Positions 1-9,484 are shown, counted from the first letter of the stretch. The stretch is 15,979 nt of DNA from an uncultured Pseudomonadota bacterium (GCA_913020725.1 CAJWCD010000087.1:1-15979); one strand, 5' to 3'. Notes: generated by a model from the letters alone, not told the origin. Program-made: numbers and translations.

Positions 1-142
1 CCACGCCCAGCGGTTTGATTTGATAGATTGAAGCATCGGTGCTGTAAAGCCCCCGTGAAAACTCGTCAAACCGCACTTCCGCGGTGGTTTCTCGCTGCAA
101 GCGTTGGAACAGTGAGGAGTCTTGTACAGAAGTGGTGGACAT
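1..142 (-). CDS. 5' end (47 codons, runs off the window) of an FAD-binding oxidoreductase, GlcD/D-lactate dehydrogenase/YdiJ-like, probably FAD plus Fe-S
   Basis: Manual translation from ATG at 142-140 gives MSTTSVQDSSLFQRLQRETTAEVRFDEFSRGLYSTDASIYQIKPLGV. The 'VRFDxxSRxLYSTDASIYQIxPxGV' segment is the typical N-terminus of FAD_binding_4 2-hydroxyacid oxidases. Not in the supplied ORF track. Confidence 0.85.
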   Translation of the reverse strand, partial: MSTTSVQDSSLFQRLQRETTAEVRFDEFSRGLYSTDASIYQIKPLGV

Positions 143-295
143 GGGTGAAATCCGTGAGGTGTGCGGGTTAGATCAGTTGCGATTTGCTGAATTTACTTAC
201 ACAAACCGAAGATTGCTTATACTCTGCTTACGCAGGTGTGAAGGGAGGCTTTCGCATGGTGCGAGGCCACAACATTTCATCCAAAGGCAGACACA

Positions 296-1471
296 ATGCA
301 ACCACTTCAGAGCGGTCGCCACTTCTTGCAAATTCCCGGACCCACCAATGTGCCGGGTCGGATTCTCCGTGCCATCGAATGTCCCACAATAGACCACCGG
401 GGTCCGGAGTTCAAGGGGCTCGGCTTCGAGGTGCTGGAGGGAATCAAGGAGATTTTCCAGACGAAACAGCCGGTGATCATCTATCCCGCTTCCGGAACGG
501 GTGCGTGGGAAGCCGCGCTGGTCAACTTGCTCTCACCCGGAGATCGGGTGTTGATGTACGACACCGGACACTTCGCCAGCACATGGCACAAGCTGGCTGG
601 AAAACTGGGCCTCGACACACAGCTGCTGCCCGGAAGTTGGCGGGAAGGAGCCAAGCCGGAGGAAATCGAACAGGTGTTGACGGTAGACAAAAACCACGCC
701 ATCAAAGCCGTCTGTGTGGTCCACAACGACACCGCCACCGGCATCACCTCCGACATCCCTGCAATCCGCAAGGCCATCGACCGAGCAAGACATCCCGCAC
801 TTTTCCTCGTGGACACGATTTCCTCATTGGGTTCCATGGATTTCCAGCACGACGAGTGGGGAGTTGACGTGACTGTTGGGGGTTCGCAGAAAGGTTTGAT
901 GCTGCCACCGGGCTTGAGTTTCAACGCGATCAGCAAAAAGGCGCTTGCCGCTTCCGGAGCAGCAAAGCTGCCGTGTTCCTACTGGGATTGGCAGGACATG
1001 CTCAATGTCAACAAACAGGGGGTCTTTCCATTCACGCCAGCAACCAACCTGCTCTATGGTCTGCGAGAATCCATCCGCATGCTGCTGGAGGAAGGACTCG
1101 ATCAGGTGTTTTCCAGACACCGCCGACTCGCCGCAGCCACCCGCGCCGCCGTGCAGGGTTGGGAATTGGAACTCAACGCACTCAATCCGAACGAATACAG
1201 CAACTCCCTCACCGCTGTCCTGCTGCCGCAAGGGCATGATGCCGATGCGTTCCGCAAGGGGGTGCTGGAGTGTTTCAATGTCTCGCTTGGCAACGGACTG
1301 GGGCGCCTCAACGGCAAGGTTTTTCGCATCGGACACTTGGGCGATTTCAACGAACCCATGCTGCTCGGCACTTTGGGGGCCATTGAAATGGGACTCGATC
1401 TCGCTGAAATCCCGCATCGTCCGCAAGGCGTCCGCGCCGCGATGAGCAATCTTGTGGAAAACAACCGCTGA
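296..1471 (+). CDS. PLP-dependent class V aminotransferase, serine/alanine-glyoxylate aminotransferase-like (SgaA/AGT family)
   Basis: 391 aa. N-terminal GRHFLQIPGPTNVP, SGTGAWE, HNDTATG, VDTISS, PLP-lysine motif GSQKGLMLPPG, PFTP, C-terminal FRIGHLG. Confidence 0.92.
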   Translation: MQPLQSGRHFLQIPGPTNVPGRILRAIECPTIDHRGPEFKGLGFEVLEGIKEIFQTKQPVIIYPASGTGAWEAALVNLLSPGDRVLMYDTGHFASTWHKLAGKLGLDTQLLPGSWREGAKPEEIEQVLTVDKNHAIKAVCVVHNDTATGITSDIPAIRKAIDRARHPALFLVDTISSLGSMDFQHDEWGVDVTVGGSQKGLMLPPGLSFNAISKKALAASGAAKLPCSYWDWQDMLNVNKQGVFPFTPATNLLYGLRESIRMLLEEGLDQVFSRHRRLAAATRAAVQGWELELNALNPNEYSNSLTAVLLPQGHDADAFRKGVLECFNVSLGNGLGRLNGKVFRIGHLGDFNEPMLLGTLGAIEMGLDLAEIPHRPQGVRAAMSNLVENNR

Positions 1472-1473
1472 CA

Positions 1474-2685
1474 ATGCCGAATCACGGCCCCTTGGCGGGC
1501 GTTCGGGTGATCGAACTAGCCCATGTCATGGCAGGTCCAGTTTGTGGATTGATGCTCGCAGACTTGGGAGCGGATGTGATTAAGGTCGAGAAAATCCCCG
1601 GCGGCGATGACACCCGCCGCATGGCACCTCCGAAAATCGGAGAAGAATCTGCCGCCTTCCTGATGATGAACCGCAACAAACGCGGCATGGCGGTCAACCT
1701 CAAGCATGATTCCGGCAAAGAGGTGTTGCGGCGCTTGCTGCGGAAATCTGATGTGCTGGTCGAGAATTATCGGCACGACACGATGGCAAAACTGGGCCTT
1801 GGCTATGAAACCCTCAAGCAGGAGAATCCGGGCTTGATCTATTGCGAAATCTCCGGGTTTGGCCGCAGCGGACCTTTTCACGACCAAGGTGGTTTCGATC
1901 TGATCGCGCAGGGCATGAGCGGCCTGATGAGCATCACCGGAGAAGGGCCGGGACGCCCTCCGGTCAAGGTTGGTGCGCCTGTCACTGACATCACGGCAGG
2001 AATTCTCGGAGCTCTCGGAGTCACCGCAGCACTCAACGAGCGTCACTACTCCGGCAAGGGCCAGCGTGTGGACACCTCGCTGTTCGAAGCAGGCATCATT
2101 CACACCTACTGGCAGTCCGCAATTTGCCTCGCTACCGGAGTCTCTCCGGGGCCAATGGGGTCTGCTCATCCGCTCAACGCGCCCTACCAAGCCCTGCAAA
2201 CTGCTGACGGTTGGATCAACCTTGGAGGTGCCAATCAGCGCAATTGGGAGCGTTTGGTGGAGGCCATCGGCAAACCGGAGCTCGCGAGTGATCCTCGCTT
2301 TCACGACAACCACGGGCGCATGGCGAATCTCAAAGAACTGGAGGCCGCACTAAACCAAGTGTTCCGGACACGAACCACCAACGACTGGCTGAAAATCCTC
2401 AACGCCGTCGGCATTCCGGCGGGTCCAGTGCTCTCGGTTGGCGAAATGCACGAGCATCCGCAAACGCAGGCACGGCAGATGGTTCCGAAAGTCGAACATC
2501 CCACCGAGGGGTTGGTGAAAACCTTAGGACTCCCGATCAAACTCTCTGAAACCCCCGGAGGCGTTCAGCATGCGGCCCCACTTTACGGACAGCACACGCG
2601 AGTCCTCATGGAAGAACTCGGCTATGCGAGCACTGAAATCGTTGAATTGCATGAAGCCGAAGTCGTTTTCTGCGCACCCTCCTAA
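1474..2685 (+). CDS. Family III CoA-transferase (CaiB/BaiF, formyl-CoA transferase-like)
   Basis: 403 aa. PLAGVRVIEL, LADLGADVIKVE, NRNKR, DVLVENYR, SGFG, GFDLIAQG, catalytic Asp in VTDITAG, APLYGQHT. Starts 2 nt after the aminotransferase stop. Confidence 0.95.
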   Translation: MPNHGPLAGVRVIELAHVMAGPVCGLMLADLGADVIKVEKIPGGDDTRRMAPPKIGEESAAFLMMNRNKRGMAVNLKHDSGKEVLRRLLRKSDVLVENYRHDTMAKLGLGYETLKQENPGLIYCEISGFGRSGPFHDQGGFDLIAQGMSGLMSITGEGPGRPPVKVGAPVTDITAGILGALGVTAALNERHYSGKGQRVDTSLFEAGIIHTYWQSAICLATGVSPGPMGSAHPLNAPYQALQTADGWINLGGANQRNWERLVEAIGKPELASDPRFHDNHGRMANLKELEAALNQVFRTRTTNDWLKILNAVGIPAGPVLSVGEMHEHPQTQARQMVPKVEHPTEGLVKTLGLPIKLSETPGGVQHAAPLYGQHTRVLMEELGYASTEIVELHEAEVVFCAPS

Positions 2686-2688
2686 GTG

Positions 2689-3594
2689 ATGCCCGTCTGG
2701 ATCCCAATCACGCTGGCCGCCGCATTTTTCCAGAACTTACGCTCGGCCCTTCAGAAACACCTCAAAGGTCAACTCAGCGATATCGCCACAACCACCACGC
2801 GCTTCTTCTACGCATGGCCGCTGGCGCTGATTTACCTCTGGGGCATGCTCTCCTTCACAGCACAGCCCCTGCCCACGATGACGAGCGAATTTGGCATCTA
2901 TGTGGTGCTGGGGTCGGTGACGCAGATTCTTTTCACCTTCCTGTTGATCTGGTTGTTCTCGTTCCGGAATTTCGCAGTCGGCAACACCTTCGGTAAAACC
3001 GAAACCGTACAAATTGCCGTGCTGGGGTTCGTGCTGCTGGGCGATCCACTTTCTGGAGCCGCGATCCTCGCCATCTTCATCAGCGTCTTGGGAGTGTTGG
3101 TGCTGTCTGCTGGCAAGGCCGGACTCCAACTCTCCAACCTTGTTGCGGGTATCACACAGCGCAGCACTCTGATTGGTCTCTTGAGTGGATTTTTTCTGGG
3201 GGCATCGGTGGTGCTATTCCGGGGAGCTTCCCTTGCGTTGGAGGGTGGGGACAGCTTTCTCAAGGCTGCAACCACAGTGGCGGTTTCCACCAGTTTTCAG
3301 ACACTCCTGCTCTGCCTCTACCTGCGCTTACGCGAGCCGGGGCAACTCAGAAAAATTCTGAAAATTTGGAAAAAAGCAGGGTTGGTGTCGATCGTCTCCA
3401 TCCTTGGTTCCATCTGCTGGGTGACGGCTTTCACCATTGAAAACGCTGCCCACGTCCGCACCCTCGGACAAGTCGAACTGCTCTTCAGCTTGCTCTTCTC
3501 CCTCATCGTTTTCCGGGAGCAAGTCGCCCGGCTCGAAATCCTCGGTATGGCCCTCATTCTTGGAGGAATTGTGCTGTTGCTGCTGTATCGCTGA
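2689..3594 (+). CDS. DMT/EamA-family membrane transporter (about 10 TM)
   Basis: About 301 aa, very hydrophobic, with two EamA-like halves (KTETVQIAVLGFVLLGD and TLGQVELLFSLLFSLIVFRE). Start is GTG 2686 or ATG 2689, directly after the upstream TAA. Confidence 0.88.
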   Translation: MPVWIPITLAAAFFQNLRSALQKHLKGQLSDIATTTTRFFYAWPLALIYLWGMLSFTAQPLPTMTSEFGIYVVLGSVTQILFTFLLIWLFSFRNFAVGNTFGKTETVQIAVLGFVLLGDPLSGAAILAIFISVLGVLVLSAGKAGLQLSNLVAGITQRSTLIGLLSGFFLGASVVLFRGASLALEGGDSFLKAATTVAVSTSFQTLLLCLYLRLREPGQLRKILKIWKKAGLVSIVSILGSICWVTAFTIENAAHVRTLGQVELLFSLLFSLIVFREQVARLEILGMALILGGIVLLLLYR

Positions 3595-3644
3595 AGGATT
3601 GTTTGGAAAGTTCTTTGCACAACGGGCATCCAACAACTCCAAGT

Positions 3645-4838
3645 TCAAATCACCTTTTTCTCCCGCAACTCCTCAATCTCCTGCGCCGACAAGCCAAACT
3701 TCTGGAGGATTGCTGCGGTGTGTTCTCCACGCTGCGGTGGGCGTGTCTGGAGTGTGCTGGGCGTGCGCGTCAGGGTGACCGGCTGACCAACCAAGTGGAG
3801 CGGATGCGAGGTTTCGCCGTCAATCGTCTGAACCAGTCCGGAATGCTGCACCTGTGGATCGGCAAAAACCTGATCCATGCGGTTGATCACACCGCAGGGC
3901 ACACCTGCTTTGTTGAGACGTGTCACCCAGTCCTCACTGGTCCGGGTTTTTATGATCACATTGATCTCGGCGTTGAGTGCATCCCGATGCTTGGAACGAT
4001 TGTCGTTGCTGGAGTAATTTGGATTCTCCAGCAAATGCGGAGCTTCCAAGGTAGCGCACAACCGTCCCCAAATGTCCTCTCCAACTGCCGCGATGTTGAG
4101 GGTGCCATCCTTCGTTTCAAACACTCCAGTCGGGATCGAGTTTGGATGATTGTTGCCTGCTTGCCCCGGAATCTCTCCCTCCACCAGCCAACGCGCCGCT
4201 TGAAAATCTAGCATGAACACCATCGCCTCCAAAAGTGAGGTGTGCAGCCACTGGCCACGTCCGGATTTCTCGCGCTCCCACAGTGCCAACAGGACGCCGA
4301 TGGATGCGAAAATGCCCGAGGTCAGATCCGCAATTGGAATGCCCACACGCACCGGGCCTTGCCCGGGAAGGCCCGTGATCGACATCAGACCACCTAAGCC
4401 CTGCGCGATCTGATCGAATCCGGGGCGGTCACGGTAAGGCCCCTCCTGTCCGAATCCGGAAATGCTGGCGTAGATCAGCCGAGGGTTGTCTAGGCTGAGG
4501 GAGTCGTAGTCAATGCCGAGCTTGTGCTTCACATCCGGGCGGAAATTTTCCACGATCACGTCCGCCTGTGCGCTGAGCCTTTTAAAAAGCGCCAGCCCTT
4601 CCGGAGCCTTGAGGTTGACCGTGAGGCTGCGCTTGTTGCGGTGCAGGTTGATGAAGTCTGAACCCTCCCGGTTTTTAGTGAGGTGGTCGAGGTGGCTCAG
4701 GCTTTCTGGAAATTCGACCTTGATGACCTCCGCTCCCCAGTCTCCAAGCTGCCGGGTGCAGGTCGGCCCCGCACGCACCCGCGTGAGGTCGAGAACGGTG
4801 ATGCCTTCCAGAACACTGGAGGCCGCAGGAAAGGGCAT
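3645..4838 (-). CDS. Family III CoA-transferase (CaiB/BaiF), second paralog
   Basis: 397 aa. LEGITVLDLTRVRAGP, HRNKRS, DVIVENFRP, SISGFG, GFDQIAQG, catalytic Asp in IADLTSG, PPQRGEHT. Confidence 0.95.
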   Translation of the reverse strand: MPFPAASSVLEGITVLDLTRVRAGPTCTRQLGDWGAEVIKVEFPESLSHLDHLTKNREGSDFINLHRNKRSLTVNLKAPEGLALFKRLSAQADVIVENFRPDVKHKLGIDYDSLSLDNPRLIYASISGFGQEGPYRDRPGFDQIAQGLGGLMSITGLPGQGPVRVGIPIADLTSGIFASIGVLLALWEREKSGRGQWLHTSLLEAMVFMLDFQAARWLVEGEIPGQAGNNHPNSIPTGVFETKDGTLNIAAVGEDIWGRLCATLEAPHLLENPNYSSNDNRSKHRDALNAEINVIIKTRTSEDWVTRLNKAGVPCGVINRMDQVFADPQVQHSGLVQTIDGETSHPLHLVGQPVTLTRTPSTLQTRPPQRGEHTAAILQKFGLSAQEIEELREKKVI

Positions 4839-4907
4839 GGGAATCTGTGGGTTGAATGAAGTAGAAAACGTACCCGCGCTTACCGGAGGTGCGTCAATCC
4901 TGACTGA

Positions 4908-4936
4908 ACATTAGCACCCCTGCTGCAGAAGTTCAA
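4908..4936 (-). promoter_or_regulatory. Putative sigma70 promoter for the minus-strand CoA-transferase
   Basis: Minus strand TTGAAC-N17-TAATGT with TG at the extended -10 position (TGcTAATGT), about 70 nt upstream of ATG 4838. Confidence 0.5.
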
Positions 4937-4945
4937 CGATTCCCG

Positions 4946-4974
4946 TTGCACCTGTCGGGGGTTCCGGCTAGGTT
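4946..4974 (+). promoter_or_regulatory. Putative sigma70 promoter for the amidase
   Basis: TTGCAC(4946-4951)-N17-TAGGTT(4969-4974), about 100 nt upstream of ATG 5074. Confidence 0.5.
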
Positions 4975-5073
4975 GGCAAAGTTGTACTTACGAGTTGAAC
5001 CCGCAGACCTGTTGTCGGCAAAGGTCGCTGTAGTACGTTGACGGGACTGTGAAAACCTCAACACTGCATTGCC

Positions 5074-6348
5074 ATGAAAGCGTTACATGACCTGACCGCT
5101 AGTGAAGCTGCCCGCGAAATCGGCGCCGGGCATCTGAGTAGCGAAGCCTTGGTGTCGTCCTGTCTGGAACAAGTCCGGCATCGGGAAACAACGGTGGGGG
5201 CGTGGATCCATCTCAATCCTGAGCAGGCGTTGGCAGAAGCTCGTTTGCGAGATCAGCATCCCGCAACTGGCCCATTGCACGGAATTCCGATTGGTATCAA
5301 GGACATCATTGACACGGCAGATCGACCCACCTGCTACGGTTCTCCAATTTACGAGGGCAACCGTCCAGCATGGGATGCGGCGTGTGTGGCACTGTTGCGA
5401 CGTGCTGGGGCGGTGATGCTCGGCAAGACCGTGACCACTGAGTTCGCCTGCCGCACCACAGGCAAGACCACAAACCCCCACAACCCCGCCCACACTCCCG
5501 GAGGATCCTCCAGCGGATCAGCAGCGGCAGTGGCGGCGGCAATGGTGCCCTTGGCGCTTGGCACCCAAACCAGTGGTTCGGTGATCCGTCCGGCATCGTA
5601 CTGTGGCGTGTTGGGTTACAAGGCCAGCTACGGAGATCTCCCACTTCCCGGAGTCAAACCGCTGGTGGTTTCGCTGGACACCTTAGGGGCGTTTGCCCGC
5701 AGTGTTGAGGATTTCCAGCGCTTTCGTGCGGCGTTGCTTGGCGAATCCGCAGAGCTTGCTTTGCTGAACCGCTCTCCGAAAATTGGACTCTGCCGCACCC
5801 CGCAGTGGTCACAAACTGAGCCTGCAACGCGGAGTGCGTTGGAAACCGCAGCGGACAAGCTGTCCAACGCGGGAGCAGAGGTGCAGGGGTTGCAACTGCC
5901 TCCGGAGTTTGACGGTTTGTGTGATGCTCAGAACACGGTCTTTGTGGCGGAAGGAGCGCGGTGCCTCTGCTATGAACTGACCGAAAACCGTGAGTTGGTC
6001 AGCGAGACGCTGCGGGGGGTGCTGGAGCCCGGATTTGAGATTTCACGCTTTGAGGAATTGGCAGCGAGAGCAGTGATTCAATGGTGCCAACGCTCCCTTG
6101 AAAGCGTGTTTGCCGATTATGACGTTTTGCTCACGCCAAGTGCCCCCGGCGAGGCTCCAGAGGGATTGGTCGATACTGGAAATCCCGTGTTCAACCGCAT
6201 GTGGACCGCCTTGGGCACTCCGACGGTGAACCTGCCCGGACATCAAGGCCCGCAGGGTTTGCCGGTGGGAGTGCAGGCCGTCGGACGAATCGGTGAGGAT
6301 GAGCAATTGCTGTCTGTGGCCACATGGCTGGAATCCCGGATCACCTGA
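5074..6348 (+). CDS. Amidase-signature family amidase (Ser-cisSer-Lys triad), not GatA
   Basis: 424 aa. GPLHGIPIGIKD (Lys), GKTVTTEFA, TPGGSSSGSAAAVAA, GTQTSGSVIRPASYCG, GLPVGVQ. No gatC or gatB neighbours. Confidence 0.93.
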   Translation: MKALHDLTASEAAREIGAGHLSSEALVSSCLEQVRHRETTVGAWIHLNPEQALAEARLRDQHPATGPLHGIPIGIKDIIDTADRPTCYGSPIYEGNRPAWDAACVALLRRAGAVMLGKTVTTEFACRTTGKTTNPHNPAHTPGGSSSGSAAAVAAAMVPLALGTQTSGSVIRPASYCGVLGYKASYGDLPLPGVKPLVVSLDTLGAFARSVEDFQRFRAALLGESAELALLNRSPKIGLCRTPQWSQTEPATRSALETAADKLSNAGAEVQGLQLPPEFDGLCDAQNTVFVAEGARCLCYELTENRELVSETLRGVLEPGFEISRFEELAARAVIQWCQRSLESVFADYDVLLTPSAPGEAPEGLVDTGNPVFNRMWTALGTPTVNLPGHQGPQGLPVGVQAVGRIGEDEQLLSVATWLESRIT

Positions 6349-6386
6349 ACCGACACACCTTCATTGCTAAAGCCCCCCGAAGGAAA

Positions 6387-6409
6387 AACAGGGTTCGCCT
6401 TGTTCTTTT
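6387..6409 (+). terminator. Probable intrinsic terminator after the amidase
   Basis: Stem AACAGGG/CCTTGTT (one G-U pair) with a TTCG loop, followed by CTTTT. An A-run on the other side could make it bidirectional. Confidence 0.55.
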
Positions 6410-6465
6410 GGTCAAAGTCGCTCATATATTAGGGTTAATCTAGAGAATAAGCAATGAGGGGGTGA

Positions 6466-8019
6466 ATGCTCATAGGAGTTCCAAAGGAGGTGCATGCGGA
6501 AGAGCGTCGGGTGGCGCTGGTTCCGGACACTGTGGTGAAGCTACAAGAGCTCGGCTTCAAGGTGCTGGTGGAGTCTGGTGCTGGAGTAGAGGCTAGTTTT
6601 CCGGACGAGTCATACCGCGCAGCCGGAGCGGAACTGGTCACTGACCCCAGCAAAATTTGGGAACGCTGCGACTGGATCGTCAAGGTTCGAGAACCGTTGC
6701 GACACCCCAAACTTCGCAAGCAGGAAACAGGCTTGCTCCGTGATGGCCAAATCCTCACCGCCCTGCTCGCTCCCGAACAAAACCCCAACCTTCTGAAAAA
6801 ACTCGCCCGTCAAAAAGTCACGGCACTCGCGCTGGAGGCCGTGCCGCGCATCGCACGCGCCCAGTCGATGGACGTTCTCAGTTCGATGGCGAACATCTCC
6901 GGATACCGCGCCGTCATCGAAGGTGCGCATCACTTCGGGCGTTTCTTCATCGGACAAATCACTGCCGCAGGTAAAATCCCTCCAGCAAAGGTGCTGGTCA
7001 TCGGTGCCGGTGTTGCCGGACTTTCTGCGATTGGCACTGCGCAACACCTCGGCGCGATTGTGCGAGCCTTCGACACGCGTCCAGCGGTCAAGGACGAGGT
7101 CCACAGTATGGGAGCCGAGTTTCTGGAACTCGACCTTGCCGAAGATGGCACCGGTGCCGGTGGCTACGCGAAAGAGATGAGCGCGGAGTTCATCAAGGCG
7201 GAAATGGCCCTGTTCGCAGAGCAGGCCAAGGAGGTGGACATCATCATCACCACTGCCGCGATTCCGGGTAAAAAAGCGCCCACGCTGATCACAGAAGCGA
7301 TGGTGCAGAGCATGAAGCCCGGTTCGGTGATCGTTGATCTTGCCGCCATGTCCGGAGGCAACTGCGAGTTGACTGAACCCGGAAAAGTAACCGAAGCGCA
7401 TGGCGTGACCATCGTGGGACGCACCGACTGGCCAAGCCAGTTGGCGACGCAAGCGAGTCAGTTTTTCAGCAACAACCTGCTCAAGTTGATCAAACATCTT
7501 GGAGGAGCGGAAGCCTTCACGCTTGATTTGGAGGATGAGATCATCCGCTCTGTCACAGTCACGCATGAGGGGAAAATCCTCTGGCCCCCTCCTGCACCCA
7601 AGCATCCCGCCCCCAAAGCGAAACCCAAACCCGTCGAGTCGCTTGTGCCAACACCGGGACCTCTGGCTCCGCAAGCGACGGCTCCGGGTATTTTCAACGG
7701 CAAGGTGATGCTTGGCTTTGCCGCTGTTTTAGCCGTATTGGTGGGGTGGGGCGGTTCTTCCGCATTCCTGTCCCACCTCACGGTTTTTGTGCTCGCCTGC
7801 TTTGTGGGCTACATGGTCGTTTGGAACGTTACACCCGCGCTGCACACCCCCTTGATGAGCGTCACCAACGCGATCAGTGGAATCATCGTCATTGGCGGCA
7901 TGGTCCATCTGGGCGGTAGCCAGCCATGGCTGGCCGCACTTGCCGTGCTGATTGCCACTGTCAACATCGTCGGCGGCTTCCTCGTCACCCACCGCATGCT
8001 GGGCATGTTCCGGAAATAG
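6466..8019 (+). CDS. pntA: NAD(P)+ transhydrogenase subunit alpha (unsplit, E. coli-type)
   Basis: 517 aa. [28 protein letters not shown], Rossmann [14 protein letters not shown], Pro-rich linker, [36 protein letters not shown] upstream. Confidence 0.98.
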   Translation: MLIGVPKEVHAEERRVALVPDTVVKLQELGFKVLVESGAGVEASFPDESYRAAGAELVTDPSKIWERCDWIVKVREPLRHPKLRKQETGLLRDGQILTALLAPEQNPNLLKKLARQKVTALALEAVPRIARAQSMDVLSSMANISGYRAVIEGAHHFGRFFIGQITAAGKIPPAKVLVIGAGVAGLSAIGTAQHLGAIVRAFDTRPAVKDEVHSMGAEFLELDLAEDGTGAGGYAKEMSAEFIKAEMALFAEQAKEVDIIITTAAIPGKKAPTLITEAMVQSMKPGSVIVDLAAMSGGNCELTEPGKVTEAHGVTIVGRTDWPSQLATQASQFFSNNLLKLIKHLGGAEAFTLDLEDEIIRSVTVTHEGKILWPPPAPKHPAPKAKPKPVESLVPTPGPLAPQATAPGIFNGKVMLGFAAVLAVLVGWGGSSAFLSHLTVFVLACFVGYMVVWNVTPALHTPLMSVTNAISGIIVIGGMVHLGGSQPWLAALAVLIATVNIVGGFLVTHRMLGMFRK

Positions 8020-8050
8020 CGGCTGATGACCCGTCTCGCTTGTTACCAGC

Positions 8051-8080
8051 AATCGAAAACTGAAAATCGAAAACTGAAAA
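8051..8080. repeat. Short tandem repeat (AATCGAAAACTGAA)x2, equivalent to four alternating heptamers ATCGAAA/ACTGAAA
   Basis: aatcgaaaactgaaaatcgaaaactgaaaa lies in the pntA-pntB spacer and ends 9 nt before the pntB ATG. Confidence 0.85.
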
Positions 8081-8089
8081 CCATAAATT

Positions 8090-9481
8090 ATGCCTGAGGG
8101 AATCATCACGGTCGCCTACCTTGCGGCCAGCAGCTTGTTCATTTTAAGTCTGGGCAGGCTTTCCAAACAGGAGACCGCACAACGCGGAAATCTGTACGGA
8201 GTCGTCGGCATGGTCATCGCCATTCTGGCAACACTCTCGCTCATTCAGGACGCCACCGGGTTCTTCTGGTTGCTCCCGGTGGTTGGCATCGGTGGGGCCG
8301 TGGGCTGGGCGGTCGCCAAGCGTGTGGAGATGACCGCAATGCCGGAACTCGTCGCCATCCTGCACAGTTTCGTTGGATTAGCCGCAGTACTGGTCGGCAT
8401 GGCCAGCTACTTTGAAGCCGGTCAGTTTTCTGGAGGGGCGTTGGTGATCCATGAGATTGAAATCATCCTCGGAGTGCTGATCGGTGCCTACACCTTCACC
8501 GGCTCCGTCATTGCCTTTGGAAAACTCCGGGGGCTGATCGGCAGCAAACCGTTGCTGCTGCCCATGCGGCATCAACTCAACCTCGCCATGCTCGGCGCTT
8601 GTGGGGCGCTGGGCGCAGGAATTGTGAACGCAGAACCCGCTTCACAAGCGACGCTGCTCACCGCAATCGCGATCCTCGCCGGATTGCTCGGCATCCACAT
8701 GATCATGGCCATTGGCGGGGCCGACATGCCGGTAGTGGTTTCGATGCTCAACAGCTATTCCGGTTGGGCCGCTGCCACTGCGGGATTCATGCTCGCCAAC
8801 GACCTGCTCATCGTCACCGGGGCACTGGTCGGCAGTAGCGGGGCGATCCTCAGCTACATCATGTGCCGGGGCATGAACCGCTCTTTTGTCAGTGTGATTG
8901 CAGGTGGCTTTGGAGTCGCAGAAGGCACCGTGCTCGCCTCTGACAGACCCGCAGGAGAAGCACAGGCTTTTTCGCACGAAGAGGTCGCCGAAGCATTGAG
9001 GAACTCCAGCAGCATCGTCATCGTTCCGGGATATGGAATGGCAGTCGCGCAGGCCCAATATGTGGTCCGGGAAATCACGGAAACCCTTGCCAAACTCGGC
9101 ACCAAGGTGCGCTTTGCGATCCATCCGGTCGCAGGACGACTTCCGGGACACATGAACGTCCTGCTCGCCGAAGCCCATGTGCCTTACGACATCGTGATGG
9201 AAATGGAGGAAATCAACAGGGATTTTGCAGAAACAGACCTTGTGCTGGTGATCGGTGCAAACGACATCGTCAATCCGGACGCTCTCAGCGATGCTGCAAG
9301 CCCGATTTTCGGAATGCCCGTGCTGGAGGTCTGGAAGTCAGGGCGGGTGGTCGCGCTCAAACGCAGCATGGCCACAGGCTATTCCGGAGTGGATAATCCA
9401 CTGTATTTCCAGGAAAACACCCGGATGCTCTTCGGTGACGCCAAGGAAAGCCTCACCAAAGTCGCAGCGGCTTTGAACTGA
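8090..9481 (+). CDS. pntB: NAD(P)+ transhydrogenase subunit beta
   Basis: 463 aa. [85 protein letters not shown]. Confidence 0.98.
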   Translation: MPEGIITVAYLAASSLFILSLGRLSKQETAQRGNLYGVVGMVIAILATLSLIQDATGFFWLLPVVGIGGAVGWAVAKRVEMTAMPELVAILHSFVGLAAVLVGMASYFEAGQFSGGALVIHEIEIILGVLIGAYTFTGSVIAFGKLRGLIGSKPLLLPMRHQLNLAMLGACGALGAGIVNAEPASQATLLTAIAILAGLLGIHMIMAIGGADMPVVVSMLNSYSGWAAATAGFMLANDLLIVTGALVGSSGAILSYIMCRGMNRSFVSVIAGGFGVAEGTVLASDRPAGEAQAFSHEEVAEALRNSSSIVIVPGYGMAVAQAQYVVREITETLAKLGTKVRFAIHPVAGRLPGHMNVLLAEAHVPYDIVMEMEEINRDFAETDLVLVIGANDIVNPDALSDAASPIFGMPVLEVWKSGRVVALKRSMATGYSGVDNPLYFQENTRMLFGDAKESLTKVAAALN

Positions 9482-9484
9482 TCC

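Noticed and set aside
143..295. Possible glycine riboswitch upstream of the aminotransferase (CCGAAG, CAGGT, hairpin at ~247-268)
   Set aside because: The GGAGA and CTCTCAGG core elements and the tandem aptamer layout are absent.
296..1471. Evidence for the serine cycle or the beta-hydroxyaspartate cycle
   Set aside because: No hprA, mtkAB, mcl or bhcBCD in the window. The aminotransferase alone is not diagnostic.
5074..6348. Annotation as gatA
   Set aside because: Shorter than typical GatA, has GTQTSGS rather than GSDTGGS, and has no gatC or gatB nearby.
6610..7674. 354-aa minus-strand ORF, and similar antisense ORFs such as 1516..2313, 3603..4211, 824..1474 and 11783..12397
   Set aside because: Each lies almost entirely antisense to a well-supported gene and shows no family signature.
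7580..7690. Pro/Lys-rich low-complexity segment in PntA
   Set aside because: This is the ordinary linker between domain I and the membrane domain of unsplit PntA.
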